From: the human T2T-CHM13v2.0 reference genome, Homo sapiens
Strand: one strand, 5' to 3'
NCBI RefSeq assembly: GCF_009914755.1
Contig: NC_060926.1
DNA length: 64,000 nt
The number at the start of each line of letters is the position of its first letter. The stretch's first letter is position 1. Made by a program: the position numbers and the translations under genes. The notes below the pieces were generated by a model that had not been told where the DNA came from, searched no databases, and saw only the letters and a program-made list of their open reading frames with translations. Shown one piece after another: positions 12,901 through 25,853 of this stretch.

Positions 12901-13656
12901 CACCAATACCAGTGGGTATTAAGAGCCCAGATCCAGGGATTGCCCCTCCCTGATATTCAACTTGAGTTATGCTAAAGAGCGTGGGGTAATTAACTCATGC
13001 CGTCACCCCGATGAATCAGATTCTCATTCTTTTAATTACTACCCACAGGGTGGCTTTAATGTGTTATTGTCTCTGTTGGACATTGAACGAAGACCTCATT
13101 TGCATTTGGTATGTTATTATGTTATTAATGTGCAGAAGATAGTTGCTATGTCTCGGAGTGGAAATGGAAATGACATTAAGATAATATGATTTTAGGCTGA
13201 TAAGAGAACATTTTTCTCGTTTATCTCACTTTTAAAATGAAGTGCTGGCCCCAGAATGCAGCTCTGGGATATGGATTTTTAGCATAGCGTTACATGATCA
13301 ATTTCCACTATATTTCCTGGGTGCTGTTGCATGGACCATTGTCAGTTGCTTCAGTGTTGATGCAACTTATATACCCTCGTTTTTCTCCATTTATATAATG
13401 GGTCCGTGTTGAAAGCCAAAGCTTGCAATTATTTTTCAAAGAAATATATTTTCATGGCCAAATACCCCATTTGGGAATAAATGTTAACACACTGAATTTT
13501 GATCTGGTGTAACTGGACATGTGATTTGGGATTTGCATATTAATTTATTCATATAAAACATTTATTGTGATATTTCTATATATAATGATCATGCCCAGTA
13601 CTAGCAACACAGGGATCAGTGGTTGTTACCCTCAATCATTTCACAGCCTACAGCTG

Positions 13657-13724
13657 GGTGTCTCGGTTCATAGCCTATAGGCCAAATGGTGTCTGGTTCA
13701 TAGCCCATAGGCCAAATGGTGTCC
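13657..13724. repeat. 30-bp tandem duplication
   Basis: ggttcatagccYataggccaaatggtgtc at 13665 and 13695. Confidence 0.9.
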
Positions 13725-13740
13725 ATTTCCTTTGCTGAAG

Positions 13741-13802
13741 GTAAAACCTGCAGGTTGTGCACATGTACCCTAAAACTTAAAAGTATAATTAAAAAAAAAA
13801 AA
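13741..13802 (+). mobile_element. Extremely 5'-truncated L1PA 3' terminus with poly(A)
   Basis: aacctgcaggttgtgcacatgtaccctaaaacttaaaagtataatt followed by an A-tail. Confidence 0.85.
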
Positions 13803-16353
13803 GCAACACTAGCCCTCTGTGCTTAAATAATGAGACTTGTTCGTCTGAATGGTCATGATTCTTATCATGGGAGGGGACACCGTCATCAGCAGAGGTCCCT
13901 CTAGCTTGTGCAAGAGCAAATTGCAAGACCCTGAGGGCCAGACTGCCCTGGCTTTGGGTCTGAGCCAGTCCTTGGCAAGGAAACATGCCCACTGATGGTT
14001 CTCCTGGTACTGCCAACATTTTTGTTTTGATCAGATGTACAGTTTCTATAGAACTGAAAGGATAGCCTTAAAATTACTCTTGAACACTTCCCCATGAGTG
14101 AATCTCCACATTTACAGTATTTCTGTTTGTCATTGGCAGCAGTCTGCGGGAGAGGGAAGGCCAGGCGGCTTCCGGCTGATGACACCCGACACCTTGCAGC
14201 CCATGGAGGCTGCACTGCCACTGCCTTATTCATTATGGGCTGTTGGCCTTCTCCATTTGTGTAGGGAAAAAAATTTGCTTTCTTTACTTGCATATCAGCA
14301 ATGCTTGGCATAAATTTGGCATTTGGTAAGTATTTGTTCAGTGCATGAATGTGTGGATGGCTGAGGTGTGTGTAATCAGCTCTAGGTGGAAAAGCAAACT
14401 TGGAGCAGTGCTAGCATTCCCATTGGTGGTCCAAAGCCTCTGCTAAAGTGACTGTGCTCCTAGGTAACTTCAAGTCTTCCAAATCTTATGATTGGAGGGC
14501 AGGTCTTCACTGCTAATGAAGACAGACATTCCAGGTCTCTATTCTCTGCCTGCTTCCCACTAGAAGAGTGGGGAGGATTGCTGTTGAATCTGGGTGCTGG
14601 AGGATGACACAGAGCAGGTGGCTTTGCCTCTGAGGCTCCACTTCAGCGGTGGCCCCTCCAAGGCGGTCACCATCGACAACATAGAATCTAGGGTGTCCAG
14701 TTGTGAAACAGTCGGTTAAGAAAAACTGCCCCCTTTAGAGTTTCCTTTCTACATAGAATTATTTTTATTTGTATTGGTAGTTCAAAACATAATTTTATTT
14801 TGTTCTTGGCATACATTTCGTAAAGAGTGATGGAGGCCTGAAAATAATATATTACTACAAATCAGACTATTACTACCTTAACACTTTAACTATAGATTAA
14901 AAACTTATAAAACATTTTCAATTGCTTTTATTGTGAAAATATTTGTCACATTTCTTTCTACTGCTGAATGCACTTAACTTTAAGTACCATATGTTTTCAA
15001 TAATTTCAAAGGCGGGACTTTCTTTTAAAATACATTTGGTTCATGTCGTTCCAGAAAACTGCAGATTTCATAGACACTGCACACCTGGAGCTCTCCTGTT
15101 GGCACAGATACAGCCTGAGCATGCTTCTCAGCAAACACCCCCACTCAGTGACAGAACTGTCCTGGGGCCTGCAACTTCTTGCTATTCCGATTCTGGGAGT
15201 CTGCGATGGCTGTGGTTGCAATCTGGGCTGAGACTGGTGGTCAGGCTGCCCGGAGCACCCAGGTGTAACTGCACGGGCACCAGACGTGGAGCTGGGACAC
15301 CTGGGGACTCCATGTGCTGGCTGGGGACTCCATGATCGATCTCCCAAGTCAGGCAAACGCTGTTGGCCTCGTGTGCAATCAAAGGCCACTGTGCTAGGTG
15401 GCCACTAAATTCAACTCTAGTTCGTATTCTTTACATTTAGTGTTTTATCTAGTCTTTTCATTCATTAAATTGAGCTCTGAAATTAGTCTGAAAAGTGAGA
15501 ATTTGTACTAATTTTCCTTGCTAGTGACTCTTGAACCGTCACCCTCCATAATGATTTTTGCTTTGTAATAGCCACCCAAAATAGTACCCCATGCATTATT
15601 TTTCTTTTTACCTTTTTGATAATATATGTTGTTATGATTATTGATGATCAATTAGCATATTTATTAAAAATTATTTTAAAAACTAGAAAATCATCCCAAA
15701 GACGGAAAAAATTATCATAGCCCAAAGGTAACTGCTTTTTTTTTACAATTTTGGTGTATGTTTTTATATCTCTTTCTATCTATCTATATTCACACATAAT
15801 TTTTGTACTAAAATAAAATTAGTTTTACACTGTGTTGGCACATACGATGTACAGGGAATGATTTTACATACCTGGATATCTAAACATAAAATAATGTAGG
15901 GGAGGGGAGGTCAGGACTGCAGAACGGGAAGGTCCGTGAAATATCCTTGGCCACCATCTCTGAGGACAGATGCCTGGCCTCAGGGAGGAGTGACACAGGC
16001 ATGCAAAAGGAGAGCGCACAGTGTGACCGTGTGGCCACAGACGCTCCCACCAGGAGACTCAGGGCAGGAAAGGCAGACTTAAAACTGGGAGTAGGAAGAC
16101 TGAATGTAACTGGCAGAAGAAATAAAGTGTCCTGGAAACAGAGGGCCCAGGAGGAGAGAGAGGGAACTGCACGTCTGACCAAAAGAGGAGGCCGCCTGGC
16201 ACCCCAGGACACATCGGCAGCCTCCCCAGTGGAAACGCCCAAGACAGGCGAAGACCAGAGGGGACGCATGGAGACAAGTCTTCATGTTTGCCTTAAGACC
16301 GTTGTGGCGACAATGGCCTTGCTTTAGATGAGAAATAACAGAGTGCCGTGGAG

Positions 16354-16885
16354 CCGCGGTCCCCGGCCTCGCTGGCACCAGGGATCGGTTCAACGGAAGA
16401 CAGTTTTTCCACGGATGGGATGGGGGTGGTGGGGGGATGGTTTCGGGATGATTCAAGTGTATTCCATTTATTGTGCACTTTATTTCTGTTATTATTGCAT
16501 CGTAATATGTAATGAAATAATTATACAACTCCATACTGTGGAATCGGTGGGAGCCCTGAGCTTGTTTTTCTGCAGCTAGACAGTCCCATCTGAGGATGAT
16601 GGGAGAGAAGGACAGATCATCAGGCATTAGATTCTCGTAAGGAGTGCGCAGCCGAGATTCCTGGCACACAGAGTTCACATCAGGGTTCACGCTCCTGTGA
16701 GAATCTAATGCGGCTGCTCACCTGACAGGAGGTGGGGCTCAGGCGGTGACGCGGGCAATGGGGAGCGGCTGTAAATACAGATGAAGCTTTGCTCACCTGC
16801 CAGTCGTTCACCTCCTGCTCTGCAGCCCAGTTCCTGACAGTCCACGGACCAGTACCATCCCGAGCCCTGGGGCTGGGGTCCCCTG
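16354..16885 (-). mobile_element. MER1A (hAT-Charlie), full length
   Basis: Both terminal inverted repeats (TIRs): ccgcggtcccc...ggggtcccctg. Internal gcattagattctc / gagaatctaatgc inverted pair. About 530 bp. Confidence 0.92.
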
Positions 16886-18584
16886 CCACAGAGTATCCAC
16901 CTGTGCTTGTTATAGAACTGCTTTCAACTATGTATCTGACCTCTGGTAGCAAGCTTATGGCTTAATACTATTTTTATTTGATCCTAACACTCTGCAAGCT
17001 AAGTTAGGGTAGATATTTATTACTAATTTCCATCAAATAGATCAGCTGTTACCAAATATTTTTGGATTGCATGCTCTATTATTTTTAAATGCCTTTAAAG
17101 GACTTTGTTTTGGAGTGGTTTCCAATATTATTTTCATTATAAAACTCACATAAAGAAAAAAACCTGAAATGGTGCAGTTGAGAATGACTTTTAAACATAG
17201 TTTATAATATTTTCTCCTTGCAGATCTTTTAGGAGATGGCTTGTAGCGATGGCATCTCTGACTCACAGGTAGACAGAGTGCCTTCATGTCATACAGTCGG
17301 GGAGGGTGGGGCTCAGACGCAGTGTCTCCAGGCCACGCTTTGGGCCCCCTGCCACCCATTGCTCTCTTCCACAGCTGTGTTCACATAGAGGCTACCAAAT
17401 GCACAGCCTTGGTCAATGTGTGATTTTCTTCTTATTTCCCATCTAGGATACCAGCAAATTGAGGTGTGGACAGCTGATGTCACAGTGTCTCCTATACATT
17501 AAGAGCTAAACTGCAACACGGAGCTGTGAAGTGCTGCAAGGAAAGGTTGATCCCTGTTAGAGTTTCTTGACCCAAAGGCCTTGGAAAATAGGACAGCCTG
17601 GGAGTGGGTGGCACTGCCCACGACAGCCTGCAAACCCACGAGCAGCGCCCTCGGCCGCCACAGAATTGACTTGGTTCTGCAGTCCTGTGAGGCACAGTAA
17701 GTAAAAAGCCATGCGTCCTTAGCTGCCTCACCACCCAGGTGACTTGCTTGTTGGGTTAGGATGTGTTCAGTTATGGGGCTGAGTAAATCTTTCACAGCCT
17801 CTTCATTCCTTACATCTCTTCATACCTCAGTGAGTTTAAGGTCAACTTGGTAAAATTACTCAGCTGAATTTGTGGGTTGAGGGGGTGGTAAGAGCTCGCA
17901 CATCCTTAAGGGAACTAAATGCCATGGGCCTTCGGTGCAGGCTGCCTGTGCCAAGCAGTGAAATGTCAGGGGGTCGCCCTTCGTGCACGTGCAAGGGACA
18001 AGTGCCAGCCCTGGTGTTGCTGACAACCTGTGGCCTTAGAAACGACATGCATTAATATATAATCACTTTTAGGTTTTTGTCTGAGGATGAGGCTATGATA
18101 TTACTGCCTAACCTAATTCCAGGGGTAAGATAATTGGGTAAACGTGTCATAACTTGCATGTTCAGTGCAGATCTAATGAACAGGAATCATCCAATCGTTC
18201 ATTTACTAAGGACCTCTTATGAGCCAACCGCTATTCTCAGTGATGGGGGTCGTAGGACTCAAAGTGCTTGCAGATCACAGGAGGAGAAAATTATGCAAAT
18301 GCTCAGGGAAGCCAGGGAATGTCTACATACTTCTAAGTATTTGATGTATGTCTTAATTTCACATGAAATACTTTGATGTATGTTCAATTATCCTGCTTGA
18401 TAAATAAGGAAATTAAGGAGGTTTTTAAAAAATTATGAAAATGCTCAGAACTTGCCCTAATTTATACTTATGCTGGAACTAAGAGAAAGATATCCCAGAG
18501 ATCAGAATTTTCTGTTATGTCATTCTAAATAATCCTACTTAGGAGGTAAGGGACTTTTAAAATGTGGTAAAAACTCCCATCCCC

Positions 18585-18896
18585 TCTTCTCTTCTTTTCT
18601 TTTTTATTCTATTCTTTTTTTTTCGAGGTAGGGTCTGGCTCTGTTGCCCAGCCTGGAGTACAATGAACCTATCACAGCTCACTGCAGCCTTGGCCTCCCA
18701 GGCTCAAATGATCCCCCTGCCTCAGCCTTCCAAGTAGCTGGGACCATAGACACATGCCACCATGCCCAGCGCAGTTCGTAGAGGCAGGATCTCCTTATGT
18801 TGCTCAGACTGGCCTTGAACTCCTGGCCTCAAGCAGTCCTCTCACCTTGGCCTCCCAAAGTGCTGGGATTACAGGTGTGAACCACCGTGCCTGGTC
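18585..18896 (-). mobile_element. AluJ-type element lacking the central A-rich linker
   Basis: agggtctggctctgttgcccag, cagctcactgcagcc, ggctcaaatgatcc, cctcccaaagtgctgggattacagg. Confidence 0.88.
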
Positions 18897-20932
18897 CAAT
18901 TATTCTCGAGAGGCTTAGCAAACAACATTCTCATAAAATATAACGAGCCATAACTGCACACACAAATGTGAAAAATCTTGTTTAATCAGTATAATATGAC
19001 CAAATAAATTTAGAAACAATATCACACTCAATAACGATTTAAGTCGATAATTATTTTTAAATTATTGTAGTAGAGTAGATGTTTAGCTAAAAATAGTTTT
19101 TTTCTGCACAGAAATGTAACCGATAGAAGACCCTGATTTCCCCCTAACCAAACCCATGTCTGTGTTGTCAGGCCTGCGGGAGGCCAGGCAAGGGCTGGTG
19201 TGGTCACGCTGTGTCCTCAACGCCCAGAGCAATGCTGAACAGGTGGCAGGTACCCAGAACAGTGCAGCTTTCTAGTCCGGCAGAACTGTATTTGTAATGA
19301 AAAGATTCTGCATAAAGCTTTGTCTAGCATTGGATTAAAGTATGACGGAGATCCCCAGAGATACCAAGTCCCAAATGGCAAAAAGTACAACATGATCAAT
19401 AAGTGCCATCAAAACCAAAATCTTATTCAGGACTGAACGCTTTCTTTGACTTGCAAAGGATCCGGCGTCTAAGGATGCCCAGGCCACTCCGTGGGGTGTG
19501 CAGAGGCCTTTCACGCAGCACTTTCTGCCGTCCTCAGAAGCTGCTGGCAGCTGCTGGCTTTCCCTTTGCTCCGCCCTGTTTTCTAGACTGCGGGGTCTCT
19601 GGACTCTGCATGGCAGTGTGTTGATTCTTCTGTTTCATCCTGTAACTTTGTGATTTCATGGTTCAGTCAGGGGTGGGCCAGCATTTCCTGTAAGAGTTTC
19701 TCATGAAAGGCCCGTGTGCACGGCTGCTATGAGAGGGAACCCATCGCCCTGCAGAACCTGCTTGTGTGACTTTTGTGGTTTGGGCGACATTGGGTCAGCC
19801 ATGCGCGTGGTGCCAGGAACCTGCACTCAACACCTCCACATGCGGAGGACACCTAAAACCCAGGAGGAAGTTGAGCTGTCCATCACATGTGTGGTGCTTC
19901 CCCGCTGGGATGTCCACTCACTTGGGAGAGCCGTGTCTGTGGACGCAGGTTTCTTGCAGTCACGTCTGTGGCAGATAAGAGGGATCCAGGGTTAGGACTG
20001 AAAAAGAGAAGCAAAACCATAGAGCAGTGGTGGGCTGTGAAATACTGCCTTTAAAGAAAGTGTTTAACGGAATTTATCTTGGAGACAGTTTCCAGAAAGT
20101 GAGTTACAAGCTCAGGATTTCTGCCACTCCTCTTTACTCTCCTTCTCCATGGCTGCCTTTTCCGAATGAGCTGTGACATGACAGCCCTTCTATCCTAGTT
20201 GTGGGGATGCTCTCTGTCAATAACTCACTTCAAAACCACTAATTTGATCATTTGATCTTTTAATTTCTGAGATTAGAAAACACAGTACAATTACAAGTTT
20301 AAAACAAAGCTTAATCTATGTTTAATATACCATGTGAATATAAGTTTAAATTACCCACAGGATTTCTAAAGCATCAAATTGCTTATATTTCTAGGTAGAG
20401 CCTGAAATGTTGGCAAAAGAAATTCAAGTGACAAACAAACATATCTTGCATGTATCCTGGAGCAATTCTGTTGTAAGCCTTGTAAAAACATGCTTCAATG
20501 AGAATAATCATTCTTTTCAGGCTGCGGAATTTGCTTAATAATTACACCCTGGAAAGGGGTGTGCTGGTGAACAGAGCACAATAGCACAATAATTGCAGAA
20601 ACCTTGAGCCTGGGCTCCGTGTTACCTCACTGAACAGAAAGACCCATTAGTCCTACCTCATTGCTGTGGGCATGGATTTCCCAAGAGTTGGGGAACATGG
20701 AATTGAATGTATTAGGAGGGAGGGAGTGTGGAGTAGGAGGGTGGACAGAAAGGCCACTATCCCACCCAGAAGTCACCAGAAGGTTGGACAGAGAGGCCAG
20801 CATCCTACCTGGGAGACGTGGGCTCAGCACAGCTGCTGAACATGCCATCCTAAACAGGGAGTTTGAGCAGCATTGTTAAAAGACTCAGGAAATAACACTT
20901 TATACAAATATTTAATGTCCTTTATAAATGCT

Positions 20933-21291
20933 TGGATTAATCCGTTCTCATGCAGCTAATAAAGACATACCCAAGACTGAGAAATTTATAAAGCAAAGAG
21001 ATTTAATTGGCTTATAGTTCCACAGGGCTGGGAGGCCTCAGGAAATGTAACATCATGGCAGAAGGGGAAGCAAACATGTCCTTCTTCACATAGTGGCAGA
21101 GCTAAGGGGGAAAAGCCCCTTATAAAACCATCAGATCTGGTGAGAACTCACTCACTATCATGGAAACAGCATGGAGGTAGCCACCCCCATGATTCAAATA
21201 CCTCCCACCAGGTCCCTCCCACAACACGTGAGAATTATGAGAACTACAATTCAAGATGAGATTTGGGTGAGGAGACAGTCAAACCATATCA
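20933..21291 (-). mobile_element. THE1 (THE1C-like) MaLR solo LTR
   Basis: Ends gagatttgggtgagg...aaaccatatca; perfect 5-bp TSD ATGCT at 20928 and 21292. Confidence 0.93.
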
Positions 21292-23371
21292 ATGCTTGTT
21301 TAAAATCCTACAGAAGACACATTGCCTATCCAGTCCAGAAGCCAAACAGCCTACTGGGGCTGGGGGCCATAGATTCAGCTGAGAACACAGCAGGGGCTGA
21401 AGTCTCTGCTACCATCCTCTCCATCGTCCCTTCATGCTGCAGGGACTAATGTAGCAAAATCACCATTTAATGGAATTACAAGACATCGACTAGTCCATGT
21501 ATATTCCAACTCAAAGAACAGCCGGCAAACACAGTGAAGTTTAGACCAAACCAGGGAAGATGCCAAGAGCAGAAAGAAACATTGAATGCATTCGCAGAGT
21601 GAAAAGGCCAATGCTGATGTTTTCTTCAGGAGAGAGAGAATTAGAGGCTTCTCTTGCTGTAAAACTGTCCCTAACCATGTGGTTCTGTTGCCTAAGTTTC
21701 AGGTGAGTGGGACCCAGAGGGGAAACCTCACCGCCCCTGTCATCCCTGTGGAGCAGTCCAGAGGAGGGGTGGGGCAGAGAGCAGCATCTGGGAAAAATTG
21801 GAGCTTTACAGTATTGGTGCAGAAAAATAAAATAAAGCAACACCATAAACAGAAAGCATGCATAACATGAGACTTCTCTGCAGCCGATGCAGCCACATGT
21901 AGAAAGCATGGACTCACTGAAGCTGGAGTTCACAGCTGACTCATCTGAACTGCATGGAAGCCACCCTCAGACCTCCACACCTGCCACCCTCCTGAGAAAA
22001 CAGCAGAGCCTGTGCTGCATGCCTCTAACACAGGAAACAATTACTAGAAACAACAAAATAAAATCAAAGGAAAGTAATTAAAAAACTCAAGACACACATT
22101 TACATTAGAAGAAAGATCACACTATGATTGCTTGGTGTGGTTCTTCAAAATTGGTTCTTAAGGAAAATTTCTGCAATCAGAGATACAGAGGTGAGATCTG
22201 AGAAAACCAGTCAAAAAGGGAAATGATGAAGAAATTAATTTAATTAGAAAATGAGAGATATGGAGAAAGGGAGTCCAGCATACACTTAATCAATATTCTG
22301 GAAGAGTATAGCAAGATGATTGTACCAGAAAAAGTAGTGAACTTAGATTTTAAGATAAAGGATCCTTCTGGGAACCAGGCAGAAAAAAACCCCAGCATCC
22401 CAGTCATTCCCATACTAGAGGGACAGTCGTGCTTGTACCAAACTTTTCTGTAAAGGATGAGTAACAGTTGAGCTGTTCAGGCCTTCAGAAAAAGAAATGT
22501 GAGTCAGTAGGCTTACACCTGACCGATTTGTCATTTAAAAAATAAAAGCAGGGAAGACAGTCTCAATCCTCAAGAACTAAATGAAGCAACCAAGAAAGTC
22601 TCTTGAAAAATCATCATTTAACAAAATTAAAGTAACCAACGAATCAGGAGAGCTAGGATGGCGAGAGATTGAGAAGTCATGGTGGGGCCTGAGGCCGATT
22701 CACTCACACACAGATGGCAGCTGAGCACCTGCGGTGATTGCAGCCGATAACTGAACACACTTGCTACAAAGCAGAGACATAAAAAACAGACAAATGGATG
22801 ATGGTATCAAGGAGGAAACAAAACGTGATGAAATGTGTTGGCATGCCAATTTTGCCATTTGTCAGGTAGAATTTTTATACATAAATCTAAAATTCATGAA
22901 TAAAAATTTAGAGAATATTATTCAAATTTACCAGGCCACAGTTAAAGATGATAGTCAAAGTCGGAAACCACTGGGGATGAGAAGCTTTGAGAACTTCGTA
23001 TGTCCACTCAGTCTTACATACTGGAAAGCTGAAAGTCTGTTTGAAGATGACAGACCAGGAGCTGCAGGCTTCAGTGTGTTCTCAAGTCTCTCCCAGGGGC
23101 TGGGGGGAGGGAGCAGAGGAGGATGGCTTGGGGGATAAAAGAGCTCCCATTGAAAACTGACACCGCATGGATTACAGTTCTGCCAACTTTATCTAACACT
23201 GTTCTGGAGGTTTTTTTCTGTGCAATTAGACCACAGAAAGAAATGAGGTCTAATTAAGGAGGAGGCAAAATTATTATTATTGAGTATGATATGGCTTTCT
23301 ATAAGAAAACTCAGAAGAATCAACTGAGAAAGAATAGAATCAATTGGCTGGCTGGTAAATATGTGTATGTT

Positions 23372-24179
<808 letters not shown>

Positions 24180-25369
24180 TATATTCTATATGTAAAACAA
24201 CATGTTTAAATATGTGAACTGCAACCAGATAGAAAATACAATGAGACCAATTTATAATGGCAAATATATAAAACAAATGAACAGAAATTAAAAAGATATT
24301 GTGCCTAGAAATAAGATTAAAAATATTTCATATCTATACAAAAACATTGGACCTTCGCATGCAATCAGCAGTGGATCCTAATCTCTCTTTTATACCCTTC
24401 TCTCCCTGAATTTTCACTGGATCCATTTTGGGGGTTCACTGCTTTTTTACTCAACAATGTCTAATCTGATTTTTAATACATACATCAGGCTTTGAATTTT
24501 AAATGTTATGTTTTGCTTGCCTAGACTTTGAATTTGGTTCATTTCCAACTTTGTTTGCACATTTTTAGACAGTTGCTCTTGGTCCATCTGCAGTCTGTTC
24601 TTTCCTTATTTAAAAATCCTTCAGCCGCAGGCTTGCCAGAGTCTCGGATGACTTCTGTGGCTGGAGCCTCTGTGGCTCTGATCCTGCCGACCTGCTGCAC
24701 TGAAACTTGTTGCTAATGTGTTTCTTGATTTTGGATGGTTAGTTCGTTTTTCCTGAAAGTTTATCTGTGGAATTTCTTTGAGTTCAGATTTAAGTCAAGT
24801 TAGCTTAAGAGTAGACTTATTTTTGCCACTGTCCTGTATGTTCAGGTAAAATAAGTTCAGGGCCACTTTAGGATTAATTCTCCATTAAACTTCCCATGTG
24901 ATTTGCCTCTGTAAATGCACCTGGATTCCACACTGGGGCTAGAAACCCCAGAGGAAATTACTTTTCAGAACCTCAATATGAAGGTTTGAATAAGGCAGTT
25001 TTCCTCGCCATAGTTTGAAGTTAGAGGCATTATTGTTTCTGTTTATTTTTAAGCCCAGAGTGTTGTCCCTGAGGGTCCAGGCTTTGAGAAGTAGGTTTGA
25101 TCTGAGAAGATCCTGATGTTCGCTGCCTGTGCCTGCATTTCCCAGACCTGAAAACGGAATTTTGCTTTCTCTCTGCTGAGGTGATGTCAGGGCTGTCTTT
25201 ACATCTTTGGGCTCCAAAGTGAAGACCATGAATATATTTTACTTTTTTGGTTTGCAGTTTCAATTGTTAATAAAATACAATATTTCTCTGAGCAAGATTT
25301 CTCTGTTCATGTTACTCATCCACATAGAGCTTGTGTGAATTAAATTATCTGATCAATTCTAGGCAGTTT

Positions 25370-25853
25370 GTTTTAATAGGAGGACTGTGAGGTCACTGAG
25401 GGGAGAACGTGTCCAGTTGTGACATTTGTCAGAATCAGACTGGAGACGCTTATGTCAAAACCCTGAAAAACGGAGCCAGGGAAGGGAGGAGACTCACAGA
25501 TGAATGCCTGGCAACAAGAACTACCACAAAAGACGGCAGGAAACCACAACTGTGCACAAAGGCCACCACAACCTTACCCAAAAAATACTTCTGTGAGGTC
25601 ATCTGCCCAGCAACTGCTTGCGCAGCCTGGACTGGGGCCACCCTTGTTATTGATCCTTGTAGCCAAGAATAATAAATCATCTCAAAACAATCGTGTGGTT
25701 CTCCTCATTTTCCTTCAAAAACCTTTGTTGTCACTGACCCCTCCGAGTACGTGCAGGTTGGCATGGCACTTGGGTTCCTACTGCAATGCCCATTCCAGAA
25801 TAAAAGTTATTCTCATTTGGATGTCCTTTCTCTGTTTGTTGTTTAGGTTGACA
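25370..25853 (+). mobile_element. ERV1 (MER4-group, LTR54-like) solo LTR
   Basis: catctgcccagcaactgc, cacccttgttattgatccttgtagccaag, aataaa, terminal tttaggttgaca. The 5' boundary is approximate. Confidence 0.7.

Noticed and set aside
21430-23000. Possible very old L1M/MER58 relics (also about 24400-25260 and 46300-47650)
   Set aside because: Too diverged to bound or name by eye
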